From NCBI GenBank assembly GCA_963714015.1, contig OY970223.1, forward strand, positions 1,280,001 through 1,344,000: a stretch of 64,000 nt of DNA. Direction: 5' to 3'. Made by a program: the position numbers and the translations under genes. Origin of the DNA: Vulcanimicrobiota bacterium (GTDB taxonomy: Bacteria; Vulcanimicrobiota; Vulcanimicrobiia; Vulcanimicrobiales; Vulcanimicrobiaceae). This document shows, piece after piece, positions 10,211 through 19,422 of the stretch. Position 1 is the stretch's first letter; each line of letters starts with the position of its first letter. The notes beneath the pieces are model-generated. The model searched no databases, had not been told where the DNA came from, and saw only the letters and a program-made list of their open reading frames with translations.

Positions 10211-11006
10211 TGGGTGCGCGCTCCAAAGTAATGCGTCCGAATTTGCCTTCGTTGAAATCGCGGATGTACGATTGTGCCGCGTTGTGCATGTCCACTTCTC
10301 CGCCGCGCCGCATGAAGCCGCGCGATTTGGCGAACGTCTCCAAGTCGGGTACTTTCGTTCGCCCCTTCGTAACATCTTTGAGCCAGCGATGAAAACGTGC
10401 CGCAACGTCCTCGGGGTCGTAGCGCTCACGCGGAACGGCGCCGACGATTGCCAACTTCCACTGCGCTTCGGGCGAAGATATTTTCGGCACCAAGATGCCG
10501 GGAGTGTCCATCAGTTCGAGCGCCGGACTGACCCGAAACCATTGCAGCTGACGTGTGACGCCGGCCCGGTCTTCGGTTCGCGCGGCGGAGCGGCGCAGCA
10601 AGCCGTTGATGATCGACGACTTGCCTGAGTTGGGCACACCGACTACCATTACGCGCTGCGTACCGCGAGAACCGAGCGCTAACTGTCCCAAGTAGAACCC
10701 TGCCTTTCCGACGCTGGCCTGCTCTCTTCCGTTTACCGCAATCACGCTGCGCCCGCCGCGCGAAAGGAACTTGAGCCAAGCGGCGGTCTGCAGCGGATCT
10801 GCAAGGTCCTCTCGATTCAGCGCCAGCAAGCGGGGGCGTTTTCCGGCAATGACGTCGAGCATCGGATTCGCACCGATTTGCGGGACGCGCGCGTCCACGA
10901 CTTCAATAACGATGTCGATCAGCTTCATATAGTCGTCGATGCGCCGCATCGCCGTGGCCATATGGCCCGGGTACCACTGCACGACTTGTTCGAATTCGCG
11001 ATCCAA
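10191..11006 (-). CDS. ylqF: Ribosome biogenesis GTPase RbgA/YlqF
   Basis: QWYPGHM, EVVDARVP, GVPNSGKSS, DTPGIL; start approximate. Confidence 0.93.
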   Translation of the reverse strand: MDREFEQVVQWYPGHMATAMRRIDDYMKLIDIVIEVVDARVPQIGANPMLDVIAGKRPRLLALNREDLADPLQTAAWLKFLSRGGRSVIAVNGREQASVGKAGFYLGQLALGSRGTQRVMVVGVPNSGKSSIINGLLRRSAARTEDRAGVTRQLQWFRVSPALELMDTPGILVPKISSPEAQWKLAIVGAVPRERYDPEDVAARFHRWLKDVTKGRTKVPDLETFAKSRGFMRRGGEVDMHNAAQSYIRDFNEGKFGRITLERAPNDAQAA

Positions 11007-11014
11007 TGCCGCGC

Positions 11015-11524
11015 TCACAAGGCACCGAGCCGGCCGACAGGCCATATTCCCGCCAGGGCTTTGCCCAGTACCTGGCTCTGCGGCACGAATCCCCACGAAC
11101 GGGAGTCCTCGCTGACTGCGCGATTGTCGCCCAGTACGTACAATTCGCCGGTCGGAACCGTTACTGCCGGAAAACTGCGCTGATCCGCATAAGCAACATA
11201 CGGCTCGTCGAGCGGCAAGCCGTTCACTAACACCCTGCCGCGATCGATTTGCACCCGATCTCCGGGGAGTCCGATAATGCGTTTGATGAATATCTCCGGC
11301 GTAGGATCGTCGTGGTGAAACGCGATGATGTCGCCGCGCACGGGACCATGCAGACGGTAGGCGATTGTATCGATCAGGACGACCTCACCGGAAGCGATGT
11401 GCGGTGCCATCGAGAGACCAGTAACCTGAGGCGTTCGCATAAAAAATGCGAGCGCCAAAGCGGCGAGTACCGCGACCTGCAGCGTAGCGCTGGCGACCGT
11501 TCGCCAATGCAATTGCCGGAGCAC
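11015..11524 (-). CDS. lepB: Signal peptidase I (short paralog)
   Basis: GLSMAP (Ser), IKRIIGLPGD (Lys), GDNRAVSEDSR. Confidence 0.9.
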   Translation of the reverse strand: MLRQLHWRTVASATLQVAVLAALALAFFMRTPQVTGLSMAPHIASGEVVLIDTIAYRLHGPVRGDIIAFHHDDPTPEIFIKRIIGLPGDRVQIDRGRVLVNGLPLDEPYVAYADQRSFPAVTVPTGELYVLGDNRAVSEDSRSWGFVPQSQVLGKALAGIWPVGRLGAL

Positions 11525-11542
11525 GGGTTTAGGGCTTCGCGC

Positions 11543-12286
11543 TTATCTCCATAAAATCTTCGCGTGGCTCAGCGGCCAGAATATCAAGAATGCGTGTCCG
11601 GTGAAGTGCCCGGGCTTACCTTGCTCGGGGCCGGCCGCGAAATTGCCCGCGTCCTGCGCGAATCCCCAGATGTGCGAATCCTCCGAATCGTTACGGTTGT
11701 CGCCCATCATGAAGTAGCAATGCTCTGGAATACGATCGGGCGCGCTCCAATCTTTGCGCGGCGGAATGTTCGCGGTAGTCGGATCCAGCGGCTGCAGCCC
11801 GGTGCCGCCCGCATCAACGTAAATATTGTAGTTTTTGATCACCATGTCGTATGCCGGCGCCTCGGCGATATAGGGTTCGGCGAGGGGTTTGCCGTTCAGA
11901 ATCACTCTGCCGTGCCGGATGCTCAGCGTGTCGCCCGGGCGCCCGATGACGCGCTTGATGAAATCATCCGTTGTCGGAATCGGCGGCGGAAAGACGACGA
12001 TGTCGCCCTCGGACGGTTGACGAAAACGATACTCGAATTTGTTCACCAGCAGCACGTCGCCGATCTTCAGCGTCGGAATCATCGAACCGGACGGAATGTA
12101 ATACGTGCGCGCCACGAATGTAATCAGCAGAAACGCGGCGACCCCTGCGTAGATGAACGGATCCAGGTACTCGCGCGCGAAGTTCGTCGACTTTCCCTCC
12201 GATCCGGCGCGAACCGGCTGAAGGGTCAGCACCACCCTCGCGACGAGAAAGACTCCGACGAGTCCCAGCAGTTCAAACGGGGTCAC
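11543..12286 (-). CDS. lepB: Signal peptidase I
   Basis: IPSGSMIPTL, IKRVIGRPGD, GDNRNDSEDS; likely GTG start at 12286. Confidence 0.92.
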   Translation of the reverse strand: MTPFELLGLVGVFLVARVVLTLQPVRAGSEGKSTNFAREYLDPFIYAGVAAFLLITFVARTYYIPSGSMIPTLKIGDVLLVNKFEYRFRQPSEGDIVVFPPPIPTTDDFIKRVIGRPGDTLSIRHGRVILNGKPLAEPYIAEAPAYDMVIKNYNIYVDAGGTGLQPLDPTTANIPPRKDWSAPDRIPEHCYFMMGDNRNDSEDSHIWGFAQDAGNFAAGPEQGKPGHFTGHAFLIFWPLSHAKILWR

Positions 12287-12320
12287 GGCGATTGCTCCCA
12301 TAAGGTGCGCGCCTTGCGTT

Positions 12321-13071
12321 TCAGTTCAGCACGCGCAGCCGGTAAAACGGCCACAGTAATAAAAAGGCGCGCCCGGTAAAATGCGCGGTCGTAGCGGTCG
12401 TTGCCAGCGGTCCAGAGGCAAAGCGTCCCTTCAGCTGCGCAAATCCCCATACGTGGGAATCCTCGGAGTCGTTGCGATTGTCGCCCATGACGAAGTAGAA
12501 TCCCCGCGGGATGCGGTTCGGACTCTGCCACTGTGCGCGAGGCGGGATGTCGGCCTGCGACGGATCGAGCGGCGTGAAGCAGCCATCGCCGCTGTCGACG
12601 TAGATACCATAATTTTTGATCGCCAGATTGTAGTCGGGACGCTGTTCGATATACGGTTCATGCTGCGGTTTGCCGTCGACGTACACGATGCCGCTTTGAA
12701 TGCGCAGCGGTATCCCCCGGCACGGCGATGACGCGTTTGACGAATTGGCTGCCCGATTGGATCGGAGGACGAAAAACCACGATGTCGCCGCGATGCGGCG
12801 GAAAGAACCGGTAAGCGAACTCGTTGACGAGCAAGACGTCACGCTGCTGCAGCGTGGGAATCATCGAACCGGACGGAATGTAGAAGGTACGCACGACGAA
12901 CGTGATCAGAAACAGCGCAGCCAAACCTGCTGCGATGAAGACGTCCACGTATTCGCGAAATACCCCGCTCCCATGCGCCGCGCGGCTTCCGGCGGGCGCC
13001 GGTTTGAGAGTGAGCGCGATTCGGACTGCGGTAAGGGCGCCGAGCAGTCCGATTAACTGCAGCGGAGACAG
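12321..13071 (-). CDS. lepB: Signal peptidase I (frameshift near 12715)
   Basis: IPSGSMIPTL and VKRVIAVPGD in frame 12658..12948; GDNRNDSEDS in frame 12321..12842; N-terminus aligns to paralog from CTG 13071. Confidence 0.88.
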
Positions 13072-13086
13072 GGTGAGAACTGCGAG

Positions 13087-13434
13087 CTAGCGGGATTTTT
13101 TCTCTTTGATGCGCGCGGCTTTGCCGACTCTCTCGGTGAGGTAGTAGAGCCGGCTGCGGCGCACGATGCCGCGCTTGGAAACCTCGATGCGATCCAGGCG
13201 CGGGCTGTGCAGCAAAAACGTCTTCTCGACGCCGACTCCGTGCGCGACGCGGCGGACCGTGATCGACTCGTGCGCGCCGCCGCCCTTGCGAACGGTGACC
13301 ACGCCTTCGAACATCTGGACGCGCTCTTTACCGCCTTCGACGACTTTGGAGTACACCTTGACCGTGTCGCCCGGACGGAACTCGGGGACGTTGTCCTTGC
13401 GCTGCTCGTGGTTCAAGACATCGATGACGTTCAT
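13087..13434 (-). CDS. rplS: 50S ribosomal protein bL19
   Basis: [32 protein letters not shown]. Confidence 0.97.
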   Translation of the reverse strand: MNVIDVLNHEQRKDNVPEFRPGDTVKVYSKVVEGGKERVQMFEGVVTVRKGGGAHESITVRRVAHGVGVEKTFLLHSPRLDRIEVSKRGIVRRSRLYYLTERVGKAARIKEKKSR

Positions 13435-13504
13435 GACTGCAATTCTCTTCTACACTGCGCTAAATCAAAGAAGGCCGGTGGGGGGTGCCCACGGCAACCT
13501 TGCG

Positions 13505-13513
13505 ATTCTAGCA
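13505..13513 (-). promoter_or_regulatory. Extended -10 promoter for rplS (TGcTAGAAT)
   Basis: TGnTAGAAT about 70 nt upstream of the rplS ATG. Confidence 0.55.
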
Positions 13514-13541
13514 CGTCGTCCGGTGAGCCGCAAGGACGCTT

Positions 13542-14237
13542 CTAGTCGTCCGGTTTGCCCTTGAGGTCGGGCCGGCGAGCGCGGGTGCGTTCGCGTGACT
13601 GCTCCCGCCGCCAAGCGGCAATCGCCGCATGGTTCCCCGAGAGCAGCACTTCCGGCACCGAAACACCGCGAAACATCGCAGGCCGGGTGTAGCTCGGGTA
13701 GTCGAGGGCTCCGTCGTTGAAAGATTCGGCCGCAAGCGATTCGGTTCGGACAACGCCGCCGAGCAGGCGCACGGTCGCATCGATCATCGCCAGCGCCGGC
13801 AGCTCGCCGCCCGTCAGCACGAAGTCGCCCAGCGAGTACTCTTCGATAGGATAGAGGGCCGCGAGCCGCTCGTCGATTCCTTCGTAGTGTCCGCAGATGA
13901 AGATCAGCCGGTCGAAGCCCTCGGCAAAGCGCCTTGCATCGGCTTGCGAGAACGGTTTCCCCCCCGGGGAGGGCACCACGATCGCTCGGCGTTCACCGGC
14001 CGCCGCCTCTGCCAAAACGGCGTCCATAATGCGAGCCAGGGGCTCGATCCGCAGCACCATGCCCGGGCCGCCGCCAAACGGCACGTCGTCCGCGCGCTCG
14101 CCGCCGGAGAGCGCGTCGAGCACGTGATGGTAGCGGACGTCGACCATTCCCGCTTCGACCGCGCGCCCCACGATTGAGAGCCCGACGAAAGGCGCAAACA
14201 CCTCCGGGAAGAGCGTTAGGACGTCAATCGTGAACAT
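13542..14237 (-). CDS. trmD: tRNA (guanine37-N1)-methyltransferase
   Basis: IDVLTLFPE, PFGGGPGMVL, CGHYEGIDER, SLGDFVLTGGE, YTRP, LLSGNH. Confidence 0.96.
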   Translation of the reverse strand: MFTIDVLTLFPEVFAPFVGLSIVGRAVEAGMVDVRYHHVLDALSGGERADDVPFGGGPGMVLRIEPLARIMDAVLAEAAAGERRAIVVPSPGGKPFSQADARRFAEGFDRLIFICGHYEGIDERLAALYPIEEYSLGDFVLTGGELPALAMIDATVRLLGGVVRTESLAAESFNDGALDYPSYTRPAMFRGVSVPEVLLSGNHAAIAAWRREQSRERTRARRPDLKGKPDD

Positions 14238-14247
14238 AGCCGCCGAA

Positions 14248-14724
14248 GTGTTCAACTTACGCAACGTTCTGGCTCTTTTGACCTCGCCGCGCACTCCCTA
14301 CGACGCTGCTCTGCGAGATCTCGCTCACGGCAAACCGGCGGAGGCGCTGGACGCTCTCGACCGTTTGCTCGCGCTCGAGACCGACACGCAGCAGCGCGCA
14401 GCGATTGCGAATAAACGCGGCGTCGCCCTGGTCGCATTGGAACAGCGCGATCGCGCTCGGATCGCGTTTGAAGATGCTGTGGGAATCTCGCCCGAGTTTG
14501 CGCCGGCGCTGGTGAACCTCGGCAATTTGGAGTTCGAATCCGAGCGGTTTGAAGCGGCCGCAGCGTTTTACGAACGCGCGCTTCAAAGCGATCGCGAACT
14601 GGCCTCGGCGCATCGCCACTTGGGGCTGGTCTACCGGCGAATGGGCCGGCAAAGCGAAGCCATGCGTTTGCTCAGCCGCGCCCGGCGGCTGGAGGGGCGC
14701 GCAAACACTAAGCCAAGAAAATAG
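14248..14724 (+). CDS. Tetratricopeptide repeat protein
   Basis: TPR-like repeats (ANKRGVAL, ALVNLGNL, AHRHLGLVY); start uncertain. Confidence 0.8.
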   Translation: MFNLRNVLALLTSPRTPYDAALRDLAHGKPAEALDALDRLLALETDTQQRAAIANKRGVALVALEQRDRARIAFEDAVGISPEFAPALVNLGNLEFESERFEAAAAFYERALQSDRELASAHRHLGLVYRRMGRQSEAMRLLSRARRLEGRANTKPRK

Positions 14725-14728
14725 AGAT

Positions 14729-15214
14729 ATGCCGGAATCCGATCACATTGCGCTTTCCGACGAGTTGCTTGCGCTCATGCGGGCCGCTGCCCAGAAGGCG
14801 CTGGATCTTCACGAGACGTTCGTAACGCCGCGCGCGCTGCTGCTCGCAATGCTCGACGAGCCTTCGATCGGGCCAAGAATTGCGGGAGTCGTTAACCGCC
14901 GGAAACTGCTCGATGCCGCAGCCGCCGGCACGGATGCGGTGCGTCTGGAAGACGACGTTTTGCCCTCGACGGGAGATCCGGCTCTGGCGCGCTACGATAC
15001 GCTGGCGTTCAAAACGCCGGATAGCGGTTCGAGCGTTTGGCTCGATCCCCAGACGTATCAGATTCTTCAAGAAGGCGCGCGGCGCGTCGACGACCGGTAT
15101 CTTCCGAAACACGCGGCGCTGGGGATGGCGGCCGAAGCAGTGCATGCTCCGGGCGAACTTGCAGCACTTGGAGTCGACGCGGGCGCGCTGGCCGAAGCGC
15201 TCTATAAGCTTTGA
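14729..15214 (+). CDS. Hypothetical protein, Clp N-terminal repeat-like
   Basis: AAAQKALDL...VTPRALLLAML and LAALGVDAGAL resemble Clp_N repeats. Confidence 0.55.
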   Translation: MPESDHIALSDELLALMRAAAQKALDLHETFVTPRALLLAMLDEPSIGPRIAGVVNRRKLLDAAAAGTDAVRLEDDVLPSTGDPALARYDTLAFKTPDSGSSVWLDPQTYQILQEGARRVDDRYLPKHAALGMAAEAVHAPGELAALGVDAGALAEALYKL

Positions 15215-15257
15215 CCAATCGCCGCGATTCCGTCCGGCGGCAGCGCAGCCGTAGACG

Positions 15258-15725
15258 TTATTTAACGAGATCCGCGGACGTGATCTCTTCCAAATATTCG
15301 AAGAGCTGCGGCAGCGTGATCTTTTCGAGCGCCGTGCGCTGCAGCATACCGTCACCGTCTTCGCCTTCATCGCGCAAATAGCAGCGCGACTCGACGCCGC
15401 TCTCGCTGTCGCTGATGAAAGAGACGGCAAAACCTTTTCCCGGCATCTCGTCGTAAATGCGCATCGTCGCGGGATTGAGAATCTCGATCGAGTGGCTTTG
15501 GTGATTCGCATCGAAGATCGTGATCGTCAAGTAGTCGCGGTTTACGACCTCGATCGAACCGACGACGAAGACGTTCTTGGCCGAAAAAAACTCGTGTCCA
15601 CGTTTGTTGCGGCTCGAGACCTCATAGAAGACGCGATGCGCGACGAACCGGTTCAGAATTTTCCGAAGGGTCGCGAGGGACGCGAGCGTCTCAGTGCGGT
15701 TGCCTCGCGTGTAGATGATCTTCAC
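15258..15725 (-). CDS. Hypothetical protein
   Basis: Globular, non-shadow amino-acid composition from GTG 15725; no family recognised. Confidence 0.65.
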   Translation of the reverse strand: MKIIYTRGNRTETLASLATLRKILNRFVAHRVFYEVSSRNKRGHEFFSAKNVFVVGSIEVVNRDYLTITIFDANHQSHSIEILNPATMRIYDEMPGKGFAVSFISDSESGVESRCYLRDEGEDGDGMLQRTALEKITLPQLFEYLEEITSADLVK

Positions 15726-15792
15726 GAGCCGCCAAACTTTGCACGGGGCCGGAGGAGGGCCCTGCCGCCGAGCGGCTGGAAAATCCTCGATC

Positions 15793-16017
15793 GTGCTTTC
15801 CATTCCGGATATGGCCATTCTGGGCGTTCTCGCGCTGCTCGTTTTCGGCGAGGAACGCCTCCCGGGCATCATGCGCCAAGCCGGCCGCATCATGCGCGAA
15901 GTGCAGAACACCTCGCATTCGTTCATTCGGGAGATGGAGCGCGCCGCCGACGTCAATGAACCGGTTGCGCCGCCGCCGGAGCCGCCAGACGACGCCAAAG
16001 GCGAAGAACCGCACTGA
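15793..16017 (+). CDS. tatB: Twin-arginine translocase TatA/TatB family subunit
   Basis: TM + ALLVFGEERLP + amphipathic helix + acidic tail. Confidence 0.8.
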   Translation: MLSIPDMAILGVLALLVFGEERLPGIMRQAGRIMREVQNTSHSFIREMERAADVNEPVAPPPEPPDDAKGEEPH

Positions 16018-16456
16018 CGTACGCTTGCGTTTCCGGATATGGTGGGATGCCTCCATATCGCTGCACGGCTCCCTCGCCGGCATTGTACGCAGCAAGCGTC
16101 AAAGCATACTGCTCCCGCATCCCGTAAGCCGAATACCGATCGAGCAAATAATGCAGATGCGCGGCGACGCCGTGAATGTTCGCCGATGGATCCGCCGCAT
16201 CGACCCCCAAATTCCGCGCGGTCCCAGGCATAAGTTGCCCTAGTCCGACGGCGCCTGCGGGAGAAACTGCGCCGGGGCGCCAGTCGGATTCGACCGCAAT
16301 GAGCGCGACCATCAGCCGAGCATCCAGACCTTGCGCGTCCGCTTCGTCGATCACTGTTTGCGCAAGACGGATGGACTGGGCAGTCGGAAGATGCGGGTTG
16401 AAAGCGCAGAGGGCGCGAGCGTAGAGCAGTACGATCGACGTGAGCAGCAGATGCAC
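15953..16456 (-). CDS. Lytic transglycosylase (SLT domain)
   Basis: IAVES, GAVGLGQLMPGTA, LAAYNAGEG, PYPETQAYV. Confidence 0.92.
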   Translation of the reverse strand: MHLLLTSIVLLYARALCAFNPHLPTAQSIRLAQTVIDEADAQGLDARLMVALIAVESDWRPGAVSPAGAVGLGQLMPGTARNLGVDAADPSANIHGVAAHLHYLLDRYSAYGMREQYALTLAAYNAGEGAVQRYGGIPPYPETQAYVSAVLRLWRRLAAPAAAQPVH

Positions 16457-16482
16457 GAATCCTGTAGTGCCCGCGCGCAACG

Positions 16483-16510
16483 AAAAAAGGCCCCGAACTG
16501 CGAGGCCTCT
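16483..16510 (-). terminator. Intrinsic terminator
   Basis: AGGCCTCG-CAGTT-CGGGGCCT followed by a T-run on the minus strand. Confidence 0.75.
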
Positions 16511-16529
16511 TCGATAACCGCTATAACCG

Positions 16530-16820
16530 TCAGATGTTGAAGTTCTGGCGCAGTTCGTTGATTCGCTGCTGCAGCATCTGTTTGGCTTGGCTCTGCAGCC
16601 GTTCTTTTTGATCTTCCGGAAGCCGCTGATACACGAGGTATCCCGCGGCGGAGAGCAATCCGCCGAGAACGCCGACGAGCAATGCCTTGCCCGCTTCGTT
16701 GCCGCCGCTGTTCTCCGTGTTCTCGTAACTCACGCTTGCATTCTCCGCGTATGTGCCCTTATAGCCGTTGCTTCCCGACCATTGTTGCTCCGGGGGCGTA
16801 GACCGGAACGTCTCTGACAT
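16530..16820 (-). CDS. Hypothetical single-TM protein (YtxH-like architecture)
   Basis: AGGAGG RBS before ATG 16820; TM LLVGVLGGLLSAAGY then coiled tail. Confidence 0.7.
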   Translation of the reverse strand: MSETFRSTPPEQQWSGSNGYKGTYAENASVSYENTENSGGNEAGKALLVGVLGGLLSAAGYLVYQRLPEDQKERLQSQAKQMLQQRINELRQNFNI

Positions 16821-16885
16821 ACTGTTGCCTCCTACCGCTTGCGACTTCGTGCCCAGCCGTATCATACCCGGCTGAAGCGGCGTGG

Positions 16886-17225
16886 TTACGGTTCACGCTC
16901 TTCGGTGACTCGAACGTGCTGCGGATACTGACGGGCGATCTGTTCGACGGCAAGCCGCGCGGTCTCGACGATGGCGGCAACTCGCTCGTCTTCGCGGGAG
17001 CGCTGCGGCCAGCGCATGGCGAGGTCTCCCGAATGCTGCGTGACGTCGAGCGGAAGCTTGACGTGCGCTTCCAGCCCCAGACGAGCAGCCTGCAAAATCG
17101 CCGAAACGGCCGCGCACACCAGCGAGTATTCATCCGAGCTGGTCTCGGCGATCTCGCACGTGACCGGACGCAAAAGCAGAGGACAGCCTATCAAGGCTGT
17201 CCCTGCGGAAAACGACCTCCAGCAT
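16886..17225 (-). CDS. prp: Ribosomal-processing cysteine protease Prp (frameshift near 17160)
   Basis: N-terminal ...ASGH and SLVCAAVSAILQ, IARQYPQHVRV; directly after rplU. Confidence 0.82.
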
Positions 17226-17233
17226 ATGCTGCC

Positions 17234-17551
17234 TTATGGGAGCTGGATCTTCGTTATCTTGACTTCGGCGAACCGCTGACGGTGACCGGTCAGCTTCCGG
17301 ACGCGCTTCTTCGGCTTGTATTTGAAGACGAGAATCTTCTTGTCTTTGTCCTGTCGCAGAACCGTGCCGGTGACCGATGCGCCGCTGACAATGGGAGATC
17401 CGAGCGTCACGCCGTCACCGCCCTTGCTTGCAAGGACGATGCGGTCGAACGTCACGTCGGAACCGACCTCGCTCTCCAGCAGGTCGCACTTGATAACGTC
17501 ACCCTCGGAGACCTTGTACTGCTTTCCGCCGGTCTCGATAATCGCGTACAT
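17234..17551 (-). CDS. rplU: 50S ribosomal protein bL21
   Basis: MYAIIETGGKQYKV...GHRQ. Confidence 0.97.
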   Translation of the reverse strand: MYAIIETGGKQYKVSEGDVIKCDLLESEVGSDVTFDRIVLASKGGDGVTLGSPIVSGASVTGTVLRQDKDKKILVFKYKPKKRVRKLTGHRQRFAEVKITKIQLP

Positions 17552-17561
17552 AACCTTTGGA

Positions 17562-17590
17562 ACATTAGCAGAGGCCCCGGTGCCTGTCAA
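17562..17590 (-). promoter_or_regulatory. Sigma70-type promoter of rplU
   Basis: TTGACA-17 nt-TAATGT with extended TG. Confidence 0.7.
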
Positions 17591-17620
17591 CGCTGCCCGC
17601 GCAGCACTAGCCGCAGGCGC

Positions 17621-17674
17621 TTGACCGTTGGGCGGCAATCGTGCTATTGTCGCAGAGAAGTCTATAAAATAGAC
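17621..17674 (+). promoter_or_regulatory. Promoter plus palindromic operator upstream of the membrane protein/wHTH/ABC operon
   Basis: TTGACC-18 nt-TATTGT; perfect inverted repeat GTCTAT-AAA-ATAGAC at 17660..17674. Confidence 0.55.
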
Positions 17675-17699
17675 CAGTCTGAAGGGATTGACGCTGCTG

Positions 17700-18298
17700 A
17701 TGGACGCACGAGAAGCGCGGGAGCACTTGGAAATGGTCGACGCGATCCTGAAAGGGGAGAACGCGACGGCGGAACTTGGGCTTGCCGCGAACTGGGGTTC
17801 ACCCTCATCGGCTTCGGCCTCGGTGCGGGCATCCTCAACATCGCCTACCAGATGGGAAGCGTAGAGAATTCCAATCCGGCCCTAGTAATTGCCGGAAGCG
17901 TGCTCCTGCTCGCCTCGCTGATCTATATGGCCACGTGGATGGCGCTTGGGTATCGGAACGCGGAGCGCATATCGCTCGCAGCGGTGCGCAGCGGTCGCGT
18001 GATGGGGGCGGTATGGGGAAGCGTCTTCGTTGCAGCGCTCTGCCAACCGCACGTTTTTACGGGTTGGTCCGCCAGCGCAATTTGGAGTCTGGGCGGCGCC
18101 ATCTCGCTGCTGGTCAGCGGTTTCTTCGGCGATCGGCGCGCGCTGTGCGGCGGATTGATTCTGCTTGCGTCGATGCTCGTCGCCAACTACGTGCCCTCGA
18201 TTACCGGTTATGCGCTCGCCGCGGGGTTCTTTGCCGGTTATGTCGGCAGCGGAATCCTGTACGTTCTCGGGTCGAACCCGGCGCGAAATCGTGGATGA
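17700..18298 (+). CDS. Multi-TM membrane protein (frameshift near 17765)
   Basis: MDAREAREHLEMVDAIL N-terminus then about six hydrophobic helices in a shifted frame. Confidence 0.65.
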
Positions 18299-18575
18299 TC
18301 TGCTGCTCTCCAAGATTCGCCTGGGCGTCATCGCGGAGCTGCTGACTGCAAAATGGGCTGCGTTCACCGACTTGCAGCGCGCGACGCAAACGACGAACGG
18401 AAATCTCGGCGCGCACCTTGCGAAACTCGTCGAAGCCGGCTACGTCTACGAAGAGAAGACGTTTGTAAACCGCCGCCCCCAATCGCGTTATAGCCTATCG
18501 CCAATCGGCAAGGCTGCATTCGTCGAGCACGTTCGAGAGATGCAGTCGCTGCTGAATAAAGGAGAAACCGCATGA
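18291..18575 (+). CDS. Winged-helix transcriptional regulator
   Basis: IRLGVIAELL, TTNGNLGAHLAKLVEAGYV, YSLSPIGKAAF. Confidence 0.88.
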   Translation: MDDLLLSKIRLGVIAELLTAKWAAFTDLQRATQTTNGNLGAHLAKLVEAGYVYEEKTFVNRRPQSRYSLSPIGKAAFVEHVREMQSLLNKGETA

Positions 18576-19422
18576 GCTCTGGTGCAACTCCGGAGCCTCC
18601 GCAAGAGGTACGGCAAACATATCGCGGTCGACGGCGTTTCGTTTGCCGTCGCGAAAGGCGAAGTTGTCGCGCTGCTCGGCGCCAACGGCGCAGGCAAGAC
18701 CACCACGCTGGAGATCTTACTCGGCCTTCGGCGCGCGGACTCGGGCAGTGTGGAACTGAACGCGCGAACCGTCGGCGTAACGCCGCAAGAAACCGGCATG
18801 CCGCAGAACGTCCGCGTGCGCGAGATCCTCGAGTTCGTGTCGTCCGCACTACCCAAATCCGGCGGGGGCGCATGCGATTCTCCAGGCGTTCGATCTGCAG
18901 CAACTGGCCGCGCGTCAGACCGGCGGATTATCCGGCGGTCAATTGCGCCGCCTCGCGCTTGCGCTCGCATTCGTAGGTCAGCCCGAGCTCGTCGTGCTGG
19001 ACGAGCCGACCACCGGTTTGGACATCGAGGCGCGCCGCAATGTTTGGGCGTTCGTCCGCGCGTACGCCGAAGGCGGCGGCACCGTACTCCTCACCACGCA
19101 TCATATGGAAGAAGCCGAAGCGCTCGCGAGCCGCATACTCGTGATGAGCGCGGGATCGATCGTGCGCGACGGGACGCCGGCTCAAATCCGGCGCACCGTT
19201 ACGACCCGCAGGCTCTCGTACGCCGGACGTCCCTTCGAGCCGTCCGCGTTTGGGATCGACGGCACGGTGCAGCAAGACGACGGTCGCGTCATCATCACCA
19301 CAGCCGATACGGACGCGTTGCTCCGCGCGATGGTGCGAAACGATATTGCGTTTACCGATCTCTCCGTAACCGGCGCAAGCCTGGAAGACGCGGTCCTCTC
19401 GCTGACAGGAGTTTCCAAATGA
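18572..19422 (+). CDS. ABC exporter ATP-binding protein (multiple frameshifts)
   Basis: GANGAGKTT, LSGGQLRR, LDEPTTGLD, LTTHHMEEAE spread over several frames. Confidence 0.88.

Noticed and set aside
13069..13089. Stop-codon readthrough fusing rplS to lepB (same frame)
   Set aside because: One-in-three chance of being in frame; a CTG start matching the paralog explains it more simply
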